A DNA stretch of 64,000 bases from Patescibacteria group bacterium. Lineage in GTDB: Bacteria; Patescibacteriota; Patescibacteriia; Magasanikbacterales; GWA2-37-8. The stretch covers positions 183,420-247,419 of the forward strand of contig JAQTYG010000001.1 of assembly GCA_028688375.1 (NCBI GenBank). The letters are read 5' to 3'. Below, piece after piece: positions 9,832-19,889 of the stretch (position 1 is its first letter; each line of letters begins with the position of its first letter). Below the pieces are notes generated by a model. It saw only the letters and a list, made by a program, of their open reading frames with translations. It did not search any database and had not been told where the DNA came from. The position numbers were made by a program, and so were the translations under genes.

Positions 9832-11784
9832 TTATTCAATATATCGTTCTTTAATTTTATGCTGGCCGTGAAAAAATTTCCCCCCTTTTCTTCCATACCA
9901 AATAATTTCTCTGGCATAAGAGGGTAAATCTCCGCCGAATTCTTCAATATCATGAAAAAGGAGCTTATTTTTTTTATAAACCAAACTGGGTTTATCGGTT
10001 CCACGATAAAACTCATTAAAATACTTGTTGAAATCCCAATTTAAATCCAATTCCGAGGCAGAACGGCGAAAAGGATCAATCAACATTTTGGCGGAATATT
10101 TTATGAGATCGGAAATTTTTTCCTCTTCCTCTTTTCCAAAGTACGATGACAGATATTTTTTTAATTCTTCATAAAATCTTTCTTTGGCTACGATGATATT
10201 GAGAAATGAGCCTTCTTCCGTGGGCCAGCTAATGGCGCCAAATTTTTCAATCACGAATTCCCAGCTTCCACCGTTTATAACACCGTCGATAATACGGGAA
10301 ATTAGGTTCACTTCACGGCCAATAATAGACCCCGGAGAATTCTCGCCGTGTTTTATTAAATCATTATAAAATTGCGCATAAGAAATAGAGCGCTCATTGT
10401 GAGCGAATATGGCGGCGTGTTGCGTTAAGCCTAAACAATGAAAGCACTGAACGGCCCAAGAAAAAATACACGATTTTTTCCAATCTTCCGTAGACATCGC
10501 ATTTGTGCCAATCACAATTTCATCATACTCCTGAATATTATTCGCGCTGGGCACGGAATGAGAGAGGACGGCGGGTACACGCACGGATTTGATGCCGTAA
10601 AATTCTTTATATTTTTTATCACCCATCAAAGAATTGGGTAAAATTTCGCAATTATACACGTTGATTGAGCTGTGTTGTCCGTTTACCAAAAGAGTATCGA
10701 GCCCGGCGCAAAAAGTATCGCGAGATTCGTTAGGTAATCCTAAAATAATTTCCGTGTAAGTTGAGATATTCTCGTTGTTATATTGCCGGAGTAGCTCCTT
10801 GAAATTGTCTATGCGCAAGTTGATTCTTCCCACCGCCTTTAGAGTTTCGGCGTTTAAACTCTGAAATGACAGAGTGACACCCTTGCACATTTTATTTTCA
10901 TTAAGCTTTTTATTCATTTCAAAAATAGCCTGATTGCTATTTTTAGCATAAGCGGTTCTAAATTTCTTCGGAAAATCGTATTTATTTTTAATTTCAATAA
11001 ACTTATCAACAAAATCGTTGTCTCGTTGCAAAATACCGAAATTCGAATCACACCCCATAACAAATTCAATTTTATTTTTACCGAACCACTCTATTTCGTC
11101 CTTCACTCGCTGTTCGTCAAAAGGGACGATGGTTTTGCAATTTGTTAGGGGCGACCCCCAATCACAATAGGCGCAGCCATATGGGCAGCCCCGATTGGTT
11201 TCCAAACTGGCGGTAAAAGAATAAGGTAGTTTTATTATGCCATCAAAAACTCCGCTTAAATACGGGGACGGAATTTTATTGATATTAATTTTTTTCTGTT
11301 CTTTCTTAGTTTTAAAGGTTTCTCCACCCAAGTTAACGCTCAAATTGCTAATTCTGCGAAAATCTTTACCGGGCGAGAGAAGAGCTAATAATATTTCAGC
11401 GAAAGCAACCTCTCCATCACCATGTACTAAAATATCAACATAATTATGCCGCGCGAAAAAATTTTCTGATTCAAAAGGAATCTGGTGGCCGCCAAACACC
11501 ACCAAACAGCTCGGATATTTGGATTTTACCGCCTCTGCTAATTTTTTATTATACTCGAAATTCCAAATATACGAAGATAGGCCCAGAACCTTCGGATCGT
11601 TCAATTTCTTCACCACAATCTCAATATCTTCTTTTAAAAATAAAGGGGGGTTAAATTCGAAATTCTCTCTCAAACCATCAATCGAGAGGCAATAGCTCGC
11701 AATCATGCCGACAGAATAAGGCAAAAAGACGTTGTTGCCGTATTTGTCGCCAACCTGTCCCAAATAAACGTTTCTTTTTTCCAT
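9832..11784 (-). CDS. Cobalamin-binding radical SAM protein
   Basis: B12-binding N-terminus (LSSYIWN...VFGG...HGDGE) and ETNRGCPYGCAYCDWG CxxxCxxC. Confidence 0.9.
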   Translation of the reverse strand: MEKRNVYLGQVGDKYGNNVFLPYSVGMIASYCLSIDGLRENFEFNPPLFLKEDIEIVVKKLNDPKVLGLSSYIWNFEYNKKLAEAVKSKYPSCLVVFGGHQIPFESENFFARHNYVDILVHGDGEVAFAEILLALLSPGKDFRRISNLSVNLGGETFKTKKEQKKININKIPSPYLSGVFDGIIKLPYSFTASLETNRGCPYGCAYCDWGSPLTNCKTIVPFDEQRVKDEIEWFGKNKIEFVMGCDSNFGILQRDNDFVDKFIEIKNKYDFPKKFRTAYAKNSNQAIFEMNKKLNENKMCKGVTLSFQSLNAETLKAVGRINLRIDNFKELLRQYNNENISTYTEIILGLPNESRDTFCAGLDTLLVNGQHSSINVYNCEILPNSLMGDKKYKEFYGIKSVRVPAVLSHSVPSANNIQEYDEIVIGTNAMSTEDWKKSCIFSWAVQCFHCLGLTQHAAIFAHNERSISYAQFYNDLIKHGENSPGSIIGREVNLISRIIDGVINGGSWEFVIEKFGAISWPTEEGSFLNIIVAKERFYEELKKYLSSYFGKEEEEKISDLIKYSAKMLIDPFRRSASELDLNWDFNKYFNEFYRGTDKPSLVYKKNKLLFHDIEEFGGDLPSYAREIIWYGRKGGKFFHGQHKIKERYIE

Positions 11785-11801
11785 AGTTTAACTTGCGCAA
11801 T

Positions 11802-13115
11802 CTAAATTTTTACGGACAACTCAATAAAATCGTTCAAATTATCCGCGATATAATCAATCATTTCTCGATTAATCAACGGACCGACACCGATCCAAAAACT
11901 GTTCGCCATGATAAAATCGGTGTTTTGCAGCGCTTCAGCGATCCGATGACCGCAATTATCGCCAATAAAATACGGTTGTTTAGTAATATTCCCCGCAAAA
12001 AGTAATCTGGTGCCGATTTTTTTATCATTTAAATATTTCAATAATTTCGTTCTGTCAATCCCTGTGTTTTCTTTGATGGTTAATATAAATCCGAACCAAC
12101 TGGGATTAGCGCTCGGTAGACATCGGGGTAAAATAAAATAGTTATTAAACCTGCTTAACTGTTCTGATAAAAATTTAAAATTTTCACGTCGCTTGCTAAC
12201 AAAAGTGTTTATTTTTTTCATTTGGGCCAAACCCAACGCCGCCTGGATATCGGTCATTTTTAAATTATATCCCATCTCGCTATAAATATACTTGTGGTCA
12301 TAGCCGTGAGGTAAATTACCCAATTGCCAATTAAATCTGTTTTTGCAGGTGTCATCTTTTCCGGTTGGACACCAGCAATCTCTCCCCCAATCTCTAAAAG
12401 ATCTGATGATTTTATTTAGCAAAGCATCGTTCGTCAGCACCGCTCCGCCTTCGGCGGTAGTGATATGGTGGGCGGGATAAAAACTCAGGGTTGAAATATG
12501 GCCATAACTACCGGTTTTTTTCTGTTTATATTCCGAACCCAAAGCATCGCAGTTGTCTTCGATGAGCCACAACTTTTTTTCTTCGCAGAATTTAGCGACG
12601 CTATCGATTTCGTATGGATTACCCAGAGTATGAGCGATGAAGACGGCTTTTGTTTTTTCAGAAAAAGCTTTTTTGATAGATTCTAAACTTGGATTATAGG
12701 AACCGATTTCCACGTCTACAAATACCGGAATCAACCCGTTCTGTATAATCGGATTAATCGTCGTGGGAAAACCGGCGGCGACGGTAATCACTTCGTCACC
12801 CGGTTTTAATCTTTTGCTTTCCGGTAACTTTTTCGAGGTGAGCGCGGTTAAGGCCAATAGATTCGCCGATGATCCGGAATTAACCAAGGAACAAAAATTA
12901 ACTCCAACGTAGGAAGCCAGCTCCGATTCTAACCTCGCCGAATACTCGCCTTCCGTCCACCAACCTTCCAATACCGCTTCAATCGCCAGAATTAACTCCT
13001 GCTCATCGAAAACCTTACCTGAAATAGGCACGGCCGATTGTCCGGGGATAAATTTTTTTTCGGGAAACCTTTCTTTAAATTCCTGAATTATGTTTTTTTT
13101 CAATTCGTCTCTCAT
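11802..13115 (-). CDS. rfbH: CDP-4-keto-6-deoxyglucose 3-dehydrase (E1)
   Basis: NSGSSANL, SFYPAHHITTAEGG (His in place of Lys), RDWGRDCWC, GYDHKY. Confidence 0.93.
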   Translation of the reverse strand: MRDELKKNIIQEFKERFPEKKFIPGQSAVPISGKVFDEQELILAIEAVLEGWWTEGEYSARLESELASYVGVNFCSLVNSGSSANLLALTALTSKKLPESKRLKPGDEVITVAAGFPTTINPIIQNGLIPVFVDVEIGSYNPSLESIKKAFSEKTKAVFIAHTLGNPYEIDSVAKFCEEKKLWLIEDNCDALGSEYKQKKTGSYGHISTLSFYPAHHITTAEGGAVLTNDALLNKIIRSFRDWGRDCWCPTGKDDTCKNRFNWQLGNLPHGYDHKYIYSEMGYNLKMTDIQAALGLAQMKKINTFVSKRRENFKFLSEQLSRFNNYFILPRCLPSANPSWFGFILTIKENTGIDRTKLLKYLNDKKIGTRLLFAGNITKQPYFIGDNCGHRIAEALQNTDFIMANSFWIGVGPLINREMIDYIADNLNDFIELSVKI

Positions 13116-13123
13116 ATTATTTA

Positions 13124-14005
13124 TCAGATAAAAAATTTATTAATATCCAACTTTTGGCATATCTTTTCGTAGTATGCGAACATCTCGGCAATCGCCTCTC
13201 GAAAATCAGTATAATCAATCGGGCCAAATTCATTCATAAATTTCTTGATATCACCGGAGTACTCACGGTTCAGCCCGTTTTCTATAATTTTGATGTCTGT
13301 TTTATTGCCACCATATTCGTTGATAATATTGGCTAAAGACAAAAGATCGATCGTTTGCCCGCGGCCGATATTATAACAGATGCTGGCTGGCTTTACGGTT
13401 ATGAACCGTTCTAAAATTTTTACCAAATCTTTGATAAAGATATAATCGAAATAAACGTTTTTTTTAATCACAATCGGCAAACCAAGAATTTTTCTACAAA
13501 TTGCGTTAGAAATAAATCTAGTTTCATAATCTTCATATTTACCGAAGATGCCAAAAAAACGGAGATGGGTAATCTTATGGTTATTTTCGGCAATTTTTGC
13601 CATTACAAATTTTGCCAAACCATATTCATCAACCGGAATACTTCGGCCAAAACATTCTTCAGAAATTAGATGCAGATCTTTTCTCTTGTCGTATTCTGCT
13701 CCGGAGCCAAAAACAATCATCCGTTTAAAGTATGCCTCGGTATTTAACAAATTAAAATACATTAATAAATTCTTTTGCAAAATACCGGGAAGATTATTCG
13801 TATTTCTATTTCCCCCAACAGTGGCAGCGTGGATAACCAGATCTGGCTGATTTATTTTCATAAAATTCAACACCGCCTCGGTATCTAGCAAATCCAGAGC
13901 GTCTTCATCGGGTGATAAAAATTCGTATTTAGCCCCTAAAATTTCTAATATATTTTTCCCTAAAAAGCCGCTTCCACCGGTTAGAAAAATTTTTAATTTA
14001 GGCAT
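13124..14005 (-). CDS. NAD-dependent epimerase/dehydratase (sugar reductase)
   Basis: TGGSGFLG, GSGAEY, YGLAK. Confidence 0.85.
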   Translation of the reverse strand: MPKLKIFLTGGSGFLGKNILEILGAKYEFLSPDEDALDLLDTEAVLNFMKINQPDLVIHAATVGGNRNTNNLPGILQKNLLMYFNLLNTEAYFKRMIVFGSGAEYDKRKDLHLISEECFGRSIPVDEYGLAKFVMAKIAENNHKITHLRFFGIFGKYEDYETRFISNAICRKILGLPIVIKKNVYFDYIFIKDLVKILERFITVKPASICYNIGRGQTIDLLSLANIINEYGGNKTDIKIIENGLNREYSGDIKKFMNEFGPIDYTDFREAIAEMFAYYEKICQKLDINKFFI

Positions 14006-14928
14006 AGAGGTATGATTTTTTGTTCAATTTTTTGAGCGGATAACCCGGCTTGATCGCGCATGTAATCCTGCGTGCCAATAAAATTAAAATACTTATCTTC
14101 GACACCCAATCGTACCAATTTAATATTAAGATTTTCTTCAGCGATAATTTCCGCCATGGTCGAACCTAACCCCCCCAAAATAGTGTGTTCTTCAACCGTG
14201 ATCACCGAGTGGCGATTTCGCAAAATATCTACTATTTTTTCTCTGTTAATCGGTTTTAAAAAGGGACAACTATAAAGTGCCACATTCTCCCCTCTTTCGA
14301 CTAAATCGCTGGCGGCCCTATAGGCTTCTGACAATATGCTACCGCAAGAAAAAATCGCCACGCCGCCGTTCTTTTTATTCTTATAAATCTCCACCAAATC
14401 TCCTAATTTGATACTCTCATAATCCAAATTACTAATAACATTTTTTTCTCCGCCACGATTTAGCCTGATATAACTTGGCCCGCCGGTTATCACCGCTTTT
14501 TTTATTACTTGGACTGCTTCGTTCGGATCGGCCGGACACATTACCTTCATGTTAGGCAGGGCTCTCATGATAGCCAGATCCTCCACGGCGTTATGGGTCG
14601 TGCCTGAAGTGCCATAAGCGAAACCGCCTCCTACGCCAAGAATCGTCACATCCAAATTCTGATAACACAAATCCACTCTAATCTGTTCAAAGCATCTCAT
14701 GATGGCGAACGGAGCGATACTATAAAGAAACACTTTTTTACCACTTAATGCTAAGCCGGCCGCTACACCGATCATATTTTGTTCAGCGATTCCAATATTA
14801 AAAAACCTATCCGGAAATTCCATTTTAAATTTCTCCACCACCGAATAACCCAAATCGGCGGTTATTAAAATAATATCCTGATTCTTCCGCGCTTCTCCAA
14901 TAATATATTCTACGACAGTATTTCTCAT
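13993..14928 (-). CDS. Transketolase C-terminal (pyrimidine-binding) subunit
   Basis: NIGIAEQNMIGVAAGLA, THNAVED, VEEH...GGLGS. Confidence 0.9.
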   Translation of the reverse strand: MRNTVVEYIIGEARKNQDIILITADLGYSVVEKFKMEFPDRFFNIGIAEQNMIGVAAGLALSGKKVFLYSIAPFAIMRCFEQIRVDLCYQNLDVTILGVGGGFAYGTSGTTHNAVEDLAIMRALPNMKVMCPADPNEAVQVIKKAVITGGPSYIRLNRGGEKNVISNLDYESIKLGDLVEIYKNKKNGGVAIFSCGSILSEAYRAASDLVERGENVALYSCPFLKPINREKIVDILRNRHSVITVEEHTILGGLGSTMAEIIAEENLNIKLVRLGVEDKYFNFIGTQDYMRDQAGLSAQKIEQKIIPLCLN

Positions 14929-14930
14929 AA

Positions 14931-15743
14931 TTAAGATTCGAGCTCTTTTAAAGCTTGCCTATATTGTTCATCGGAAGGGCTCTTGTAATGCCAATCGACT
15001 GAGTTTTCCATAAAACTCACGCCTTTGCCTTTTGTTGTTTTGGCAATTATTACTAAGGGGCGAGAACTATTATTAGACCGGCCCAAAGCGGTCGTTAATT
15101 CCATATAATCATGACCGCTAGTTTCGCGCACTTCGCAGCCAAAAGCCCTGAATTTATCCGCTAAATTATCTTGCGAAATAATCTCTCTTGATTCGCCCAT
15201 ACCCTGTTGATTATTAAAATCAATAATTATTGTTAAATTATCCAATCGCTTCTGCACTGCAAACATTGTCGCCTCCCACACGGAGCCCTCGTCGCACTCG
15301 CCATCACCCATCAAACAAAATATTTTTCTGTTACTATTTTTATCAATTTTCGCCCCTAAGGCCAGTCCGGTGGCGATCGGGAGTCCATGACCCAATGAAC
15401 CGGAAGAGATTTCAATTCCCGGGATACTGCCTCTAATTACATGGCCGGCAAATTGCGTTCCATCAGCGGCGTACTTGTCAATAACGGTGGTATCGCAGAA
15501 ACCGGACTCGACTAAAATTGCATAAAGCGCTACAGCCGCATGGCCCTTACTTAAAATAAAAATATCGCGGTTGTGCGCTTCCGTGTTGTTCGGGTTGATG
15601 TTCATCACTTCAAAATATAGAGCTACAAGTATTTCCACAATGCTAAAACACGAACCGATGTGTGAATTTTTCGTACGATAAATCGCCCGCAAAATATTTT
15701 TTCGGATATTCACCGCTCTTTTTTTAAAATCATCGTACGGCAT
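14931..15743 (-). CDS. Transketolase N-terminal (TPP-binding) subunit
   Basis: SHIGSCFS, LSKGHA, SGSLGHGL, GDGECDEGSVWE, KGKGVSFME. Confidence 0.92.
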   Translation of the reverse strand: MPYDDFKKRAVNIRKNILRAIYRTKNSHIGSCFSIVEILVALYFEVMNINPNNTEAHNRDIFILSKGHAAVALYAILVESGFCDTTVIDKYAADGTQFAGHVIRGSIPGIEISSGSLGHGLPIATGLALGAKIDKNSNRKIFCLMGDGECDEGSVWEATMFAVQKRLDNLTIIIDFNNQQGMGESREIISQDNLADKFRAFGCEVRETSGHDYMELTTALGRSNNSSRPLVIIAKTTKGKGVSFMENSVDWHYKSPSDEQYRQALKELES

Positions 15744-15759
15744 AATTTAAAATACCATG

Positions 15760-16833
15760 TTATTCGCCGAAATATTCCGCGATCTGGCTGTCCGTAAATT
15801 TACTCGGATCTTCTTTCCCGCCATAAAATTTCTCATACCAACTAAAAGTCTTTTCCAAACTCTGGGTCAAACTCCACTTAGGATGCCAGTCTAATAAAAT
15901 ACCCGCCTTGCTCGCGTCTAATTTAAGCAAATTAGCTTCATGCTTAGAGGCATCTTCAGCAACTTCGAAAACGCCTTGTTGTAATATGGAAATGCCTTTT
16001 TCGACTAATTCTTCAACACGCACGAGGCCGTCCTCTCCGGGACCAAAATTCCAGGCGCCGGACAAGTCTCCATGACCGACAAACATTTTTTTGCCAAGCA
16101 ACAAATAACCGCCCAGCGGTTCTAACACATGTTGCCACGGTCTAACCGCTTTAGGATTTCTAATTATCACCGATTCTTTACGCTCAAAAATTGCTCTAAC
16201 CATATCAGGAATCAATCGATCTCTGGCCCAATCACCCCCGCCGATAACATTGCCGGCTCTGGCGACAGCCACTAAAGTGTCGTGCTTTTGGCCAAAGTCG
16301 CTTGGATTAAAAAACGATCTTATATAGGAGCTCGTCACAATGTCCGCCGCGGCCTTACTCGCACTATATGGGTCATAACCCCCAAGCGCATCCGTTTCTT
16401 TATAAGGATAGTCCTGCTCTTTATTTTCATAAACTTTATCAGTGGTAATAATTACTGCCGATTTCACTCCGCCGGCTTCTTTAATCGCCTGTAAAATATT
16501 AGCCGTACCAATAATATTGGTGGAGAAGGTGGCTAGCGGGTCATCGTAGCTATCCCGAACAATTGGCTGAGCCGCCAGATGAAAAACTATTTCCGGTTTT
16601 TCTATCTCAAAAATATTCTTGATTTTGTTAAAATCACGGATATCGGTAAAATAATTTTTCTTTATTTTTCCAGCCAATTCTAATGTTTCAAACAAGTTAG
16701 GCGCAGTGTCTGGCGGTAAAGAAACACCGACGACTGTCGCGCCCCAATTGACAAGAATCCGGGTTAACCACGAACCTTTGAATCCCGTGTGACCGGTGAT
16801 TAAGATTTTTTTACCACAATAAAATTCTTTCAT
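15760..16833 (-). CDS. rfbG: CDP-glucose 4,6-dehydratase
   Basis: TGHTGFKGSWL, HLAAQPIV, DPYSASK, RAGNVIGGGDWA, RPWQHVLEPL. Confidence 0.95.
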   Translation of the reverse strand: MKEFYCGKKILITGHTGFKGSWLTRILVNWGATVVGVSLPPDTAPNLFETLELAGKIKKNYFTDIRDFNKIKNIFEIEKPEIVFHLAAQPIVRDSYDDPLATFSTNIIGTANILQAIKEAGGVKSAVIITTDKVYENKEQDYPYKETDALGGYDPYSASKAAADIVTSSYIRSFFNPSDFGQKHDTLVAVARAGNVIGGGDWARDRLIPDMVRAIFERKESVIIRNPKAVRPWQHVLEPLGGYLLLGKKMFVGHGDLSGAWNFGPGEDGLVRVEELVEKGISILQQGVFEVAEDASKHEANLLKLDASKAGILLDWHPKWSLTQSLEKTFSWYEKFYGGKEDPSKFTDSQIAEYFGE

Positions 16834-16843
16834 ATTATTTATA

Positions 16844-17635
16844 CTAATCCCAAATTTTCCAAAAAGGGTCCTTATGCCAATGTTCGTTCATTTCCTCAAC
16901 TTCTTTATGCGTATCCATGCACTTCCATTTTCCGTCATGACAAAAGACAGATAATTGGCCGGATTTAGCCAGTTTTGGGAATACGCTTTCAATCATGCTA
17001 TCCGGTTCGATCATATCCAATACCTCTCGCTTAAAAACCATAAAACCGCCGTTAATCAAATTTTTTTCCGCGGAGGGCTCCTCTTCAGCGGTTACTTTAT
17101 GTTGAGAAAAATCAACCACTTTCTTGGCCTCACGATCGATATCTAAATAGCCAAAACGGCTAGCCGGTCGAACCGCAGTTATGGTGGCAATAGTATTTTG
17201 GTTTTGATGAAATTTTACTAATTCGGGTATATTTACATCCGCCACCCCATCCCCATAAGTAACCATAAAATAATCGTCGGAGCCGATATAGTTTTTTAAA
17301 CGTCTAATTCTTTCACCGGTTAAACTATCCGTACCGGTTTCAGCGAACACTATCCTAAAGTCATCGCAATCATTGTTGTGGAATGTCGTAGCGCCGGTTT
17401 TAGTATCAAGTGTAAAATCGTTCACAAATGCCCGCCAGTTCAAAAAATAATCTTTAATCATGTTGCTCTTGTAGCCGAGCGCTAAAATAAAATCATTAAA
17501 GCCGTAATGCGCGTATATCTTCATGATATGCCAAAGGATCGGCTTTCCGCCGACTTCCACCAAAGGCTTGGGTTTAAATTCCGTTTCCTCCTTCATACGA
17601 GTGCCCGTGCCGCCACAAAGTATAATGGTTTTCAT
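16844..17635 (-). CDS. rfbF: Glucose-1-phosphate cytidylyltransferase
   Basis: LCGGTGTR, KPLVEVGGKPILWHIMK, TYGDGVAD, WKCMDT. Confidence 0.93.
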   Translation of the reverse strand: MKTIILCGGTGTRMKEETEFKPKPLVEVGGKPILWHIMKIYAHYGFNDFILALGYKSNMIKDYFLNWRAFVNDFTLDTKTGATTFHNNDCDDFRIVFAETGTDSLTGERIRRLKNYIGSDDYFMVTYGDGVADVNIPELVKFHQNQNTIATITAVRPASRFGYLDIDREAKKVVDFSQHKVTAEEEPSAEKNLINGGFMVFKREVLDMIEPDSMIESVFPKLAKSGQLSVFCHDGKWKCMDTHKEVEEMNEHWHKDPFWKIWD

Positions 17636-18510
17636 ATGATAGATAACTTCTTTTTAATAAATAAATTAATATTTTTTATCATTATGATCAAGCCAATGAG
17701 CGCTCTGTTGAATACGAATAATGTGCTTGTTCTTTGGTGCAAATATTTTATTTTTAAATTATCCAAATGCGTATAGCTCAACCTTAATTGCCAAATATAC
17801 TGTTCTGAAGAACGGTTGTTCTCGCCATGATACAAATCTAACGGCTGAATCTTGACTTCATTATTAAAATATTTTCTAAAAAATATATTTACTAGAGTCA
17901 TATCGTGTCGAAAAATCTCGCAATCTCTACTAAATATATTTTTATCCTTACCTTTATTTCTCCACTGATCGTTTGGTGAAAAACCAAGAGCCAGGCCCGC
18001 TCGAGCTGAATCGTAAATTTTTTTAAATATTTCGCTAATCCTGGGAGTGTTTTTAAAACCAATTATGCCCGCGTGAACTACAGTTAGACCATCATACCGT
18101 TCATCCAAATCAAAAATCGATTTATAACTGGTTGGCACAATTTTTTTAAACAATTGTTCTTGATCAATCAAAAGCACGTCTTCCTGTTCAATGACGGAGA
18201 AAACCTCGTCTAATGATCTTAAAACTTGGCACCCAGCATCGAGATAAAAATTTAACCGCGCTAAAGGATGGGCAAAAATATAGGCCTTCCAAGTATAGCA
18301 GCCTCGCCAATGATGGCAAAATTCCGGCATTTTTACTACCTTGACATTATCAACCGACTCAAGTTCTCGGCGAAAAATCGGCAATAAGCCGAGGTCATAA
18401 ACAAAAATAGTCGGGTGATTCGGATAAATCAATTTTATCGAGGATAACAAATTTATTACTGAGGGAAAAAATTTGTTTGAAGCAGAAGTTATAATCGCTT
18501 TTTCTAACAT
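17632..18510 (-). CDS. Putative GT-A glycosyltransferase (DUF1647-like)
   Basis: ITSASNKFF, VYDLGL, YTWK, YLDAG, RHD. Confidence 0.6.
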   Translation of the reverse strand: MLEKAIITSASNKFFPSVINLLSSIKLIYPNHPTIFVYDLGLLPIFRRELESVDNVKVVKMPEFCHHWRGCYTWKAYIFAHPLARLNFYLDAGCQVLRSLDEVFSVIEQEDVLLIDQEQLFKKIVPTSYKSIFDLDERYDGLTVVHAGIIGFKNTPRISEIFKKIYDSARAGLALGFSPNDQWRNKGKDKNIFSRDCEIFRHDMTLVNIFFRKYFNNEVKIQPLDLYHGENNRSSEQYIWQLRLSYTHLDNLKIKYLHQRTSTLFVFNRALIGLIIMIKNINLFIKKKLSII

Positions 18511-18526
18511 AAACAATTTTTTAGAA

Positions 18527-19873
18527 TTACTTGAAAAACATCCCTCTCAAAATTAAAACGCCCTGTCTCCGTGTTGATTTAAATAAAAGGGCGCAAAAAG
18601 GAATGAGGGAATAAGAAATCAGAGTGGCAAAAGCCGCGCCGTTAATCCCGAACCGGGGAATGAAAATAAAATTCAATACAATATTAATCGTCATGCCCAG
18701 TAAATTTATTAAAAAAGATATTTTTGTCTTTTTTTCTCCGATTAAAGCCTGGTTAAGGACCGTGCTTATCGCCACGGCGATGCCGGCCCAAACATAAATC
18801 GACAGAACCGCGGCAGCGGATAAATAATTTTGACCGTAAGCGATTTGGATGATTATTTTAGAAAATAGCGCCATCGGTACCACAAAAATTAAAGACAGAT
18901 AAAACGCTAAACCATATAATCGAGAGAGTCTTTCCTCGTATCTTTCATGGCTAACTGCAACCGCGTTAAGCACCGCTGGAAAAATCGATCCGACGATAAT
19001 AGTGGGAAAAAAATACCATAATTCTGATAAGCGAACCGCCACATCGTAAAATCCGACCGCCGCATTGTCTAAAAGATGTTTGATCATCACCTGATCGATT
19101 CTGGAAAAAATACCCGCGAAGGCAGAGGAAAAAATTAACGGCCAAGAATGCGCTAACAAATCTTTACAGGTTTGTCCGGAAAATTTCCAACTAAATTGAC
19201 CTAATTTATTTCCAACAAAGATAATTACATAGCCTATGGCGTAAAAAACGCTTTCTAAAAAGAAAATGGCGACAAAATAAATCAAATCAAATTTTAAATA
19301 AACGCAGAAAATTTTAAGTGCGGACAAAACCAGACTAACAACTAAGGAGGTGATCACCACCGGTTTGGAAAAAACTTTGGCTTGAAAAAAAGTATTGATT
19401 ATGCCGAAAGACTGAAAGATAAAAGACAAGGAGACGATAAAAATCAAAAAATTAGTATAAAAATCATTGTGATTAAATAAAAAAGTAATTAAAACCAAAA
19501 CGATAGTTAGACAGGCGCCCATTATTTTAAGAACAAAAGCGGACCCCATCAATTCTTTCTTTTTCTCCGGCTCTTTAATTAAATCAACATACAGTATGGC
19601 TTCAATCCCCAAGCCGGCTAAAAAAGAAAATAGGCCAACATAACTAATGACATAACTTACCAAACCATATTTATCCGGACCCAAAGAGCGCACGATATAT
19701 ATATTTACCAAAAAAGCCACGGCGCTAGCCAAAACTTTACCAATCAGATTCCAACCGCTATTAGAAAAATAGCGTTTTAAACCCTGCGATCTCAATTCGA
19801 ATAACCAGCTTTCCGGTAAAAAAAAGCGCGCTATTTTTTTAACAAGTAATTTAATTGGCTTGACAATATTCAT
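18527..19873 (-). CDS. wzx: Polysaccharide flippase
   Basis: About 12 TM segments; RSLGPDKYG, RIDQVMI, VGFY, GINGAAFATLISY. Confidence 0.88.
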   Translation of the reverse strand: MNIVKPIKLLVKKIARFFLPESWLFELRSQGLKRYFSNSGWNLIGKVLASAVAFLVNIYIVRSLGPDKYGLVSYVISYVGLFSFLAGLGIEAILYVDLIKEPEKKKELMGSAFVLKIMGACLTIVLVLITFLFNHNDFYTNFLIFIVSLSFIFQSFGIINTFFQAKVFSKPVVITSLVVSLVLSALKIFCVYLKFDLIYFVAIFFLESVFYAIGYVIIFVGNKLGQFSWKFSGQTCKDLLAHSWPLIFSSAFAGIFSRIDQVMIKHLLDNAAVGFYDVAVRLSELWYFFPTIIVGSIFPAVLNAVAVSHERYEERLSRLYGLAFYLSLIFVVPMALFSKIIIQIAYGQNYLSAAAVLSIYVWAGIAVAISTVLNQALIGEKKTKISFLINLLGMTINIVLNFIFIPRFGINGAAFATLISYSLIPFCALLFKSTRRQGVLILRGMFFK

Positions 19874-19889
19874 AAATATTTTCCACGAT

